Origin: an uncultured virus (IMG/VR IMGVR_UViG_3300043119_000141)
Lineage: Duplodnaviria; Heunggongvirae; Uroviricota; Caudoviricetes
Strand: one strand, 5' to 3'
DNA: 64,000 nt
IMG/VR virus record: IMGVR_UViG_3300043119_000141
Part shown: positions 10,591 to 17,859 of the stretch, in pieces
Layout: every line of letters starts with the position of its first letter
How positions within the stretch are numbered: position 1 is the stretch's first letter
Position numbers and translations under genes: made by a program
Notes under the pieces: generated by a model
The model's input: only the letters and a program-made list of their open reading frames with translations
What the model was told of the DNA's origin: nothing
Databases searched by the model: none

Positions 10591-12231
10591 CTATAACCAA
10601 GTGGTTTCTATTTGTTGATAGTTACCCATCTTCTGTGAGAAAGGTACTGTTGTGTTTGTTAGCCTATCCCCGTGAGTCCTGATAACCTCAAGGGCAATAG
10701 CAAGGGCAATAACCGTATCATCATTCTGACCTAGAATAGCGTTAGTCTTGCCTGTATCGTCTGCTACATAGTTCATCAGTTCACCGATAATAACTCTGGA
10801 CGGAATCCAGATATCTTCCTGTTCAATAGCATTCTTCAAGAATCCAATAATAGCTGGTTTAGAGGCTGAAGTAGTTCTCCAACCAATTCTGCTACCTTCT
10901 TCTTTGGATACATTCGCCATCTTAGTCTGATAGTACATATTCAGGTAACCCATCTGTGTTAACCTGTTTAGTGTAGCAATACCCATACTGTTAGACTCTA
11001 CAGCTAACAAAGCATTATTGTAGTACCTACCTAAATAAAATAGTAAATCGCCAAACTGACTAGGATCAATCGTATTATTTCTATAAACTGCGCAAACTTC
11101 TCTTCGTGCATTAATGACCACGGCTGTAGAATAATCCTTCCCAACACCCAGGCTAACGTCAGCACCAATAGCAAAAGCATCTTCAAAAGTAGGATACTTA
11201 AATATTTCAATCGATCCATCTCTTAAATCCTCCATCATAGAGGACTCAAAGTTAAATTCTCTCTTCGCTAATATTGGTTGTGGTACCAGCTTACTCAGCT
11301 TTTCAATGTTAAATACATTAGAGCCTGATACAATAAACGCTTCCTCAGGTGTTGCAGGATACTCTTGACGGAACTTATCCTCACCACCCTCCGCAATCTT
11401 TAACCTTCTCCAGTATAACTGGTCATCAGTTAGATTGTACCTTGTAACTAATACTTCTTCTTCTGTTGTTCTTTCAAAACCTTCAGGAGCTTTCCTCTGA
11501 TACTCTGTCATCAAGTACCACGGAACAAAGATAGCTATATAATCATTCTCACCCTTTACAGCTCCTTGCCATAACCTGTGAAATGAATTACCTACTCCAT
11601 TCGCTGTACTCTCAAGAATAACTTCGGTACCTTCCGCTTGAGAAATACCTTGGAATAAACCAGCCAAGATTTTTTCATCATGATTCCAGAAGGCTACCTC
11701 AGACAAGTGAGCAATAGTAGGAGTCGTTCCCCTACCCGCCTCAGGTGCACCAGCCGTGTATAGCCTGTACCCTGAATCATTATGCTCAAACATAATCTCT
11801 TTTGCATTAGACTTCTTTAACACTGGTCTGAAGGTATCAGACATGTTATAGATCGTATTTCTAGACATACCAAACAATGCATCACTGGTAGCGGCATCAT
11901 GAGCCATAACTACTGACTTGTTGTAAGCATTAAAGTAACTCTTCCAGAATACTCGTCCTGTTGTGTATGTACTTAAACCCATTTGTCGAGCTTTAAGAAT
12001 AATAGCTCTGACTCTCCCTGTCTCCTTGAGTTGTTTCTCAAGAGCTTCATTCACAATCTTTTGAGCTTCATTAAACTCAAAGAATTGGAATCCCTTGGAG
12101 GAGTCCTTGGGTAAGATTTTAATTTGTTCTTTGGCGAATAATTCAAAGTCGCCTTTATAAGCAGAAAGTTTCTCCCGCTTTTTTAATTCCCTCAGAGCCT
12201 CTAGCTTATCAGAATTGTTTTGTTGTTTCAT
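10591..12231 (-). CDS. terL: Terminase large subunit
   Basis: ILKARQMGLST Walker A, HLSEVAFW Walker B, ESTANG coupling motif, GADVSLG and DDTVIALA RNase-H-like nuclease. Confidence 0.95.
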   Translation of the reverse strand: MKQQNNSDKLEALRELKKREKLSAYKGDFELFAKEQIKILPKDSSKGFQFFEFNEAQKIVNEALEKQLKETGRVRAIILKARQMGLSTYTTGRVFWKSYFNAYNKSVVMAHDAATSDALFGMSRNTIYNMSDTFRPVLKKSNAKEIMFEHNDSGYRLYTAGAPEAGRGTTPTIAHLSEVAFWNHDEKILAGLFQGISQAEGTEVILESTANGVGNSFHRLWQGAVKGENDYIAIFVPWYLMTEYQRKAPEGFERTTEEEVLVTRYNLTDDQLYWRRLKIAEGGEDKFRQEYPATPEEAFIVSGSNVFNIEKLSKLVPQPILAKREFNFESSMMEDLRDGSIEIFKYPTFEDAFAIGADVSLGVGKDYSTAVVINARREVCAVYRNNTIDPSQFGDLLFYLGRYYNNALLAVESNSMGIATLNRLTQMGYLNMYYQTKMANVSKEEGSRIGWRTTSASKPAIIGFLKNAIEQEDIWIPSRVIIGELMNYVADDTGKTNAILGQNDDTVIALAIALEVIRTHGDRLTNTTVPFSQKMGNYQQIETTWL

Positions 12232-12257
12232 ATAACCTATGTAATAAAAAGTTTTCT

Positions 12258-12274
12258 CTATTATGTACCGGCTA
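12258..12274 (-). promoter_or_regulatory. Phage RNAP promoter (TAGCCGGTACATAATAG) for the terL/structural operon
   Basis: Copy of a 17-bp motif found 10 times upstream of genes. Confidence 0.75.
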
Positions 12275-12576
12275 ACTAAGGAGCAGTGTCTGCGACCCTG
12301 TGTTGATTTATTTATAAAAATAATTCCAATAATTTTAGAAATGTAATCTTTTGTATACTTTTTTTCGGGTACCCCTGCTTTTTATTGGGGGTGTTGTGTG
12401 GGAATGTCTTTGGAGAATTGTCGTGGGTAGAAGTCTTTGTGTGTGTTTAAAAGAATCCAGTGTTGGTTTGGCGTACCCTCTGTGGGTTTCCCTGCCCCCC
12501 TTGTTTTCCTTGCCGTGTCGGTGCGTGGCGCTGCCCGTCTCGGCTTTCCTTGTCCTGCGCTCTTTGGAGGTGTTCC

Positions 12577-12924
12577 GTGGTTTCTTCTCTTTCTTCTTGG
12601 GTCTCTTCTCTTCCCGTCCTTGGCTCTGTGGCTCCGGCTGCTCGCCCGTCTCTTGCCGCTTCCGTTCCTCGTGGTTCTGTCTCTGCTCCCGTGTCTGTTG
12701 TTGCGGTTGCTTTGTCTGGTGCTGACGCTGTGTCTGTTGTTTGCTCTGACGGTCGTGTTCGTGTCTGCCGTGTCCCGTACGCTGTTCGTGCCCTTGGTCG
12801 TCCTGTGTCTCGTGACGCTGTGTTTGCTCGTTTGTCTGCTCGTGTTGGTGGCACTCCTGTTCGCTTTGTTGCCGCTTTTGGCTACTCTGCTGACTCTTGG
12901 TTCGTTGCTGTTGAAGCCGCTTGA
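12577..12924 (+). CDS. First early gene; 115-aa protein encoded with almost no adenine
   Basis: GGAGG RBS at 12566-12570, GTG start, TGA stop; C-terminus aligns with 14466-14750. Confidence 0.75.
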   Translation: MVSSLSSWVSSLPVLGSVAPAARPSLAASVPRGSVSAPVSVVAVALSGADAVSVVCSDGRVRVCRVPYAVRALGRPVSRDAVFARLSARVGGTPVRFVAAFGYSADSWFVAVEAA

Positions 12925-13011
12925 GGGCTTTCTCGGTTGGCTCCTTTGTCGGGGTCTTCCGAGAGCGTCTTGCTCTACCTGCTCCTCGGGGTTTCTGGGG
13001 TTGGAGTTGTA

Positions 13012-13335
13012 ATGTCTTCTTCTCTTGGCGCTTTGTTGCGTGCTAAATTGGAGGAGTCTGCTTTTGCTCCTCGTGTTCCTTTTGTTCGGGATGCGTCTGC
13101 TGTTGTGCCTGTTTGGTATGATGGTAGTACGTATTATCGGCTTGAGGCTGGGGAGCGTGGTATGGAATACTGGACTGAAGACCAGTGGGACAACTACGAA
13201 GCAGATCAGCGTGAGGATTCTATCTGTAATGATATGAATGCTTGCGATGAAGCATTTGACGATGGTGCATATGAACGTATGCAACAAAAACGTGAGCAGC
13301 GTTATTTAGAGAACGATGCTAACTGGGTCAAATAA
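13012..13335 (+). CDS. Early protein with acidic, aromatic-rich C-half (possible DNA mimic)
   Basis: GGAG RBS, ATG at 13012; EYWTEDQWDNYEADQREDSICNDMNACDEAFDDGAYE. Confidence 0.65.
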   Translation: MSSSLGALLRAKLEESAFAPRVPFVRDASAVVPVWYDGSTYYRLEAGERGMEYWTEDQWDNYEADQREDSICNDMNACDEAFDDGAYERMQQKREQRYLENDANWVK

Positions 13336-13429
13336 GGCTTTGTCTATTGGGTGTAACAACCCAATGGAGAACGTCTTTCGTTCGTCCGTGCCTGTCGGTT
13401 ACAGGTTGTCATAGCTCAAGGAGATTAAT

Positions 13430-13612
13430 ATGACTAAGTTAATGCACGTTGTTTACATTCTGTTGTGGTCGCAACTAATGGTGTTCTGTGTCGATAAGAT
13501 ACAGTTTGAGGCAATGTATGGTTGGTTCCATGTCATTGGTCTGATCGCTGCAAGCATCTGTGCTGGTGTACAGATTGCTATCCTGTTAATCGAAATCAAC
13601 GAAGGAGAATGA
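13430..13612 (+). CDS. Small early membrane protein
   Basis: AAGGAG RBS; two hydrophobic stretches. Confidence 0.6.
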   Translation: MTKLMHVVYILLWSQLMVFCVDKIQFEAMYGWFHVIGLIAASICAGVQIAILLIEINEGE

Positions 13613-13613
13613 A

Positions 13614-14096
13614 ATGGCTAAACGTTATAGCTTGACGTCTAATCTTATTAACCGTAGAATTAGATCTGCACCTATTGATGTTCTCATTGGACATCCCTGT
13701 GGAGCTATTGCTCCTGCCTCGTACCTACGTACGCATCCTAAGGCATCAAGGAATGTTGCTTATTACCTGCAAGGTGATGCCTCATTTGCTGGTGACTTTG
13801 AACTCATGCTGATAGAGATGGGTCTTTGTGGTTGTGAAATGCCTCGGTCCACTTGGCGACACCTTAAGTTCTGGGTGTCTAAGGGTTGTCCTCACTGGTC
13901 AGGTAACAGTGCCTTTTCTAAGGCAATGGTGTGGTGGTGGAAGAGGCATGCATGGTGCTTTGTTCCTAACAGAAATGGGTCAAGCCAAGAAGCAAAGGAT
14001 GCTGCTGAGTATTATGTGAATATAGCATACTTAGAGTTAGAGCAACTTCAACTGGCAAGAAACAAAGCTGAAACACCTTTAAACCTACCATTTTAA
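13614..14096 (+). CDS. Early hypothetical protein
   Basis: AGGAG RBS, 160 aa. Confidence 0.6.
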   Translation: MAKRYSLTSNLINRRIRSAPIDVLIGHPCGAIAPASYLRTHPKASRNVAYYLQGDASFAGDFELMLIEMGLCGCEMPRSTWRHLKFWVSKGCPHWSGNSAFSKAMVWWWKRHAWCFVPNRNGSSQEAKDAAEYYVNIAYLELEQLQLARNKAETPLNLPF

Positions 14097-14106
14097 GGAG
14101 ATAATT

Positions 14107-14265
14107 ATGTATGAAGTATGGGTTGTTAGACCAGACGAGTCTGAAGAGTTACTCGAGACTTTTGAGTTTGAGTACCAAGCAGATTTTGTCTGTAACGAGC
14201 TTAATATTGCCGCATCAGATGTACCTGGGTGTGGTGACTATCGTGTTTGCTTTAACAAAGGTTAG
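14107..14265 (+). CDS. Small acidic early protein (52 aa)
   Basis: AAGGAG RBS; MYEVWVVRPDESEELLETFEFEYQAD; a better call than the overlapping 14111-14380 ORF. Confidence 0.55.
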   Translation: MYEVWVVRPDESEELLETFEFEYQADFVCNELNIAASDVPGCGDYRVCFNKG

Positions 14266-14465
14266 TATGTACTTAGTATACTGTAACAAAACAAACAAGT
14301 TAATCGACAAAGTAGTATCAGCCATTGACTTACTCAAGTACAAACCAGAAGATGTAACGATTCACATCGTTCACCTGTAATCACCTGCTCTTCTCGGGCT
14401 TACGGAGAGACCTCTTGGGGTAAGTACCAAGATTTCATTAACAGTCATCACCAAAAGGATCTAAC

Positions 14466-14750
14466 ATGACTACAGCAACCATGAACTTCGCTACTAAAGG
14501 CGATACAGTATCAGCATCATTCACTATGGAGACATCCATGTTGATGGTAGTGTACACAGACCCAGCTAATCGGTATGTATATGCAGTAGATGACAAAGAA
14601 GTTGTCCGTAAACTGTCTATCAGCCGTAATGTTGAGCATGCTCGTAAGCAATACAAGATTGCTCGTGGCTTAGTTGGCAAACAAGTAAGGTTTGGTGTCA
14701 CAGCTGGTTGGAGTTCTGACACTTGGTTCAATGAAATCGTAGAAGCATAA
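14466..14750 (+). CDS. Early protein, apparent paralogue of the A-free protein at 12577
   Basis: AAGGA RBS; shared C-terminal VG..VRF....G[WY]S.D.WF..VEA. Confidence 0.7.
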   Translation: MTTATMNFATKGDTVSASFTMETSMLMVVYTDPANRYVYAVDDKEVVRKLSISRNVEHARKQYKIARGLVGKQVRFGVTAGWSSDTWFNEIVEA

Positions 14751-14760
14751 GGAGAATAGC

Positions 14761-15012
14761 ATGTCTACAAAGTATTTACTCTTAAACCCACTCAAAGCAA
14801 GACACTTTCACTGCACAACAGAGGAAGTCATCGAGTCACTACACGAGTTTGGCTGTAAAGCTATCCTCTCTCCAGACACAACAGGAGAAACACTCATTTA
14901 TGCCACAGCAGACAGGAAAAGTGTGCTGGAAAACATGGTAAACGAGGTAGAACTCAACGGAATCATCATAGAATACACAGGAATCTATGATCAAGTAGTG
15001 GAGGGTACCTGA
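14761..15012 (+). CDS. Early hypothetical protein
   Basis: AAGGAG RBS. Confidence 0.55.
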   Translation: MSTKYLLLNPLKARHFHCTTEEVIESLHEFGCKAILSPDTTGETLIYATADRKSVLENMVNEVELNGIIIEYTGIYDQVVEGT

Positions 15013-15014
15013 AA

Positions 15015-15218
15015 ATGGCATTCCTAAGACAGTCTTTCGGGAAATACACTCTAGATCTCTCTGACAAAGAGCTAGACGCTATCACATTAGCTATGGCTAA
15101 CATAGGTGTCTTCACAGAAGTGGAGAAAGGTATATATCATCAACTAACAAAGTACAGGGATTACTTGAAAATGGAAGATAAATGGTACAGAGAACAGGAA
15201 AAGGAGTTGGATAAGTAA
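15015..15218 (+). CDS. Early hypothetical protein
   Basis: Tightly packed ORF. Confidence 0.5.
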   Translation: MAFLRQSFGKYTLDLSDKELDAITLAMANIGVFTEVEKGIYHQLTKYRDYLKMEDKWYREQEKELDK

Positions 15219-15412
15219 CCACAAGACACTCTCTCAAGACATACAACAGTATAACTGTTGCCATCCTCTCAAGAATGTAATCGAAAGACTACATTCGCTG
15301 AGAAACAGGCGAGAACTGTGGGAAGTCTTGAGGGATTTTTGTGGGTGAAAAACCTGAACGTTCTTTTTGAACGTTTCCTGTCACTTTTTGTAATTTTTAA
15401 ACAAAGGTATAT

Positions 15413-15634
15413 ATGCAAGCCATCACAAGACGCACCAAACCAGTAGCCTTCCAACCCTTTGAGCTAACAGTCTCAATCACCACCCGAGAAGAATTCAATG
15501 ATATGATTTCATTGTTCTCATACTACACGGACATCCCAAATGTAACTCACACAAAGGATACCGAAATGCACAAACGTATGACACTCATATGTATGTCCAT
15601 CTATGACGCACTCGAAGCAGAAGATCAATACTAA
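15413..15634 (+). CDS. Early hypothetical protein
   Basis: AAGG RBS, co-oriented with neighbours. Confidence 0.5.
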   Translation: MQAITRRTKPVAFQPFELTVSITTREEFNDMISLFSYYTDIPNVTHTKDTEMHKRMTLICMSIYDALEAEDQY

Positions 15635-16209
15635 TATGAAAATCTCCAAAGACACCCAAATCGAATACACCATCACAATGTCTGAAGAAGACGCATTAAC
15701 GATTTTGAACGGCTTAGGTCGTTTAGACTACCATGAATTAGCCAGGCTATCAGACAACCTAAAATTTGGCTCTGTGATGAATAACCTATATGAAACGCTT
15801 GTTAGTAAAATCAAACGAGGTTCAATCCTGAAAGACTCATAATGCACTCTGCAGCACAAATCTATACAGACTTAATCAAAAAGATTAAATCTCAAGTAAA
15901 GTCTGAAATATCCGTAGTATTTGACGATACAACAGGTATCCAAAAGGCTTTCCTTAAAGGCAAACTATTGTGGATCAAGAAAGTGAGATTAGATAAATGA
16001 ACAACCCCTTATGGATATGCGTTGATGAACGTTTTTGCACAGAGTTCGGTATCACAATCGAACAATGTATTGAAAGATACAGAAAATCAGTGGATGAAAA
16101 TGTAGATATCTCTAAACTAACATTCTACTCATTAGCTCAACCTTATGAAGTAGAAGTACTCTACGTGTTAAAGGAGAAAAAGTAAAAGACTATCTAGTGG
16201 GAACGCTGT

Positions 16210-16226
16210 TAGTCGGTACCTAATAA
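16210..16226 (+). promoter_or_regulatory. Phage RNAP promoter (TAGTCGGTACCTAATAA)
   Basis: Consensus match upstream of endonuclease VII gene. Confidence 0.7.
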
Positions 16227-16242
16227 GAAAGAAAGGAAGTAT

Positions 16243-16641
16243 ATGGCTAACAGATACGTTACTGGTGATAGACCAGAAATATGTATTTCAGATGGATGTA
16301 ATAACAAAACTACTATAACCAGTAGTTATGGAAAACCTAAATACAATTCTAGATGTAGAAAATGTAAAGACAACCTATCTAAATACAAAATAACAACTCC
16401 AGAAAGAAATAAACTACTAGAAGACCAAAACAATGAATGTAAAATTTGTAAACACACAATAAGTTTTACAGGTGTAATAGGTGTAAACGGAGACAGTGCA
16501 GTAATAGACCACTGTCACACAACAGGTAAAATAAGGGGAATACTATGTAACACATGTAACGTAGGACTAGGAAAATTCAAAGATGACAAAGAACTACTAG
16601 AAAAGGCTATGAAGTATATAGAAAATTCAGCCGGAACCTAA
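16243..16641 (+). CDS. Endonuclease VII-family (His-Me finger) homing endonuclease
   Basis: Q...CKIC...IDHCHTTGKIRGILCNTCNVGLGKFKDD. Confidence 0.9.
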   Translation: MANRYVTGDRPEICISDGCNNKTTITSSYGKPKYNSRCRKCKDNLSKYKITTPERNKLLEDQNNECKICKHTISFTGVIGVNGDSAVIDHCHTTGKIRGILCNTCNVGLGKFKDDKELLEKAMKYIENSAGT

Positions 16642-16644
16642 TAG
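16628..16644 (+). promoter_or_regulatory. Phage RNAP promoter (CAGCCGGAACCTAATAG) before AT-rich tract; candidate origin primer promoter
   Basis: Consensus match; no + strand gene follows directly. Confidence 0.6.
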
Positions 16645-16769
16645 AGAACCGTCCCTAAGTAGTATTATATAATATATTTAATAAAAGTATATTATTAAAG
16701 AGTAATAAAAAAGAGAACATCAATAGGGTATTTCCCTAAAGACATTCTCTTATGACATTCTCTTAAGAC

Positions 16770-17159
16770 TTACTTATCAAGACCTTCTTCTGAGATAATT
16801 CTCTGAAGTTCTTCATCTGTGAGGTCTGCTGTACGTGTAGTAGTAGTCTGATCAATCCTCTGTAGTTTAGGTTGTTCATATTCTGCTACCATGTTAGCAT
16901 ACCTAGCAGCATCTTCAAAGTTATCTTGTTGAAGTGCTTGATGCATAGCCATGCGTAAAACATCCAATGAAGATAGTTGAGGTAAGTCTTTCATTACTTC
17001 TTGGAAGTTTTTAGCATTGAGTTTAAACTCATCTCTGATCTGTTTATTCAACATTCTTGATTGAATAGATTTCTTTTGATTCTCTCTAGCTGTCTCTGAA
17101 GTAATTAACTTTAAGTTAGCCAGTGAGTTAATGTTACGGGCTTTACCACCTGATGACAT
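16770..17159 (-). CDS. Putative terminase small subunit
   Basis: NSLANLK N-terminus, AA.....YEQPKLQ and DLTDEELQ motifs as in many TerS; has its own phage promoter. Confidence 0.55.
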   Translation of the reverse strand: MSSGGKARNINSLANLKLITSETARENQKKSIQSRMLNKQIRDEFKLNAKNFQEVMKDLPQLSSLDVLRMAMHQALQQDNFEDAARYANMVAEYEQPKLQRIDQTTTTRTADLTDEELQRIISEEGLDK

Positions 17160-17197
17160 AACTGTTCTCCTTGTTTGTTACTGATAATACACAATAT

Positions 17198-17214
17198 CTA
17201 TTAGGAACCGACTA
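17198..17214 (-). promoter_or_regulatory. Phage RNAP promoter (TAGTCGGTTCCTAATAG)
   Basis: Consensus match upstream of 16770-17159. Confidence 0.7.
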
Positions 17215-17266
17215 GCGAGAAATATACTTGAAACACAAATTTAATTTAAATCCATAGGAAAATATC

Positions 17267-17770
17267 ATGACACAAGCAACAAACACACCTAACATCATCA
17301 TCAAAGACGTAGCCTTGTTCTGGGCTAAGTTAGACAAACCTGTATCACCATTCGGTGTTGATCAGTATGAGTTACAGATTCAAGGTGAAAAGAAACGTGA
17401 GAAAGAGTTCTCTCAATTCGGTAAAGTTAAAGCCATTGAAGGCGGTAAAATCTCTGTTAATCTTAAGAAGAAAGCCTTTAAGAAAGATGGTAGTGATGCC
17501 GCCAAAGTTCGTGTAGTTGATGCAGGTAAAAAAGAGCTTAATCCAACATTAATCGGTAATGGTTCTATCGGTAACGTTATGGTGTATTGCTCTCCATATG
17601 AAATCAAACTGCCTAACGGTAAAATTAGTAAGTCAGGTATTTCTACCATGTTAGTTGCTGTTCAAGTAACTGATCTTGTTCGTTATGAACGTAAATCTGA
17701 GAACTTTGTTGACTTCGATGTTGAAGGTGCTTCTGTTGATACAGAAGTTACTGAAGAACCAATGTTCTAA
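17267..17770 (+). CDS. Single-stranded DNA-binding protein (T7 gp2.5-like)
   Basis: WAKL, IGNGS.GNV, LVAVQVTDLVRY, acidic tail ending in Phe. Confidence 0.8.
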   Translation: MTQATNTPNIIIKDVALFWAKLDKPVSPFGVDQYELQIQGEKKREKEFSQFGKVKAIEGGKISVNLKKKAFKKDGSDAAKVRVVDAGKKELNPTLIGNGSIGNVMVYCSPYEIKLPNGKISKSGISTMLVAVQVTDLVRYERKSENFVDFDVEGASVDTEVTEEPMF

Positions 17771-17779
17771 ATTATAATT

Positions 17780-17827
17780 ATCCCTTGTGATAGTCTCTAA
17801 AGAGTCTGTCATGAGGGATTTTTATTT
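17780..17827 (+). terminator. Rho-independent terminator after SSB
   Basis: ATCCCTTGTGATAG...CTGTCATGAGGGAT stem then TTTTATTT. Confidence 0.6.
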
Positions 17828-17859
17828 CTCTCGTTATTAAACTTTATAGGATATACAAA

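Noticed and set aside
12303..12335. Possible sigma70 promoter (TTGATT...AATAAT) upstream of the A-free tract
   Set aside because: The region is very AT-rich, so the match is weak, and it may lie on the other side of the physical genome end
12476..13140. 2-aminoadenine (Z) genome as the cause of A depletion
   Set aside because: No PurZ-like or DatZ-like gene recognised in the apparently complete genome
12382..13287. Long - strand ORFs (301 aa, 135 aa) and alternative + frames (12351-12725, 12437-13012)
   Set aside because: Every stop codon needs both T and A, so an A-free strand leaves all six frames open. Only the 12577 frame has an RBS and a paralogue.
14111..14380. 89-aa ORF in the ORF track
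   Set aside because: Better explained by two short genes (14107-14265 and one starting at 14267) that use the AAGGAG RBS and translational coupling
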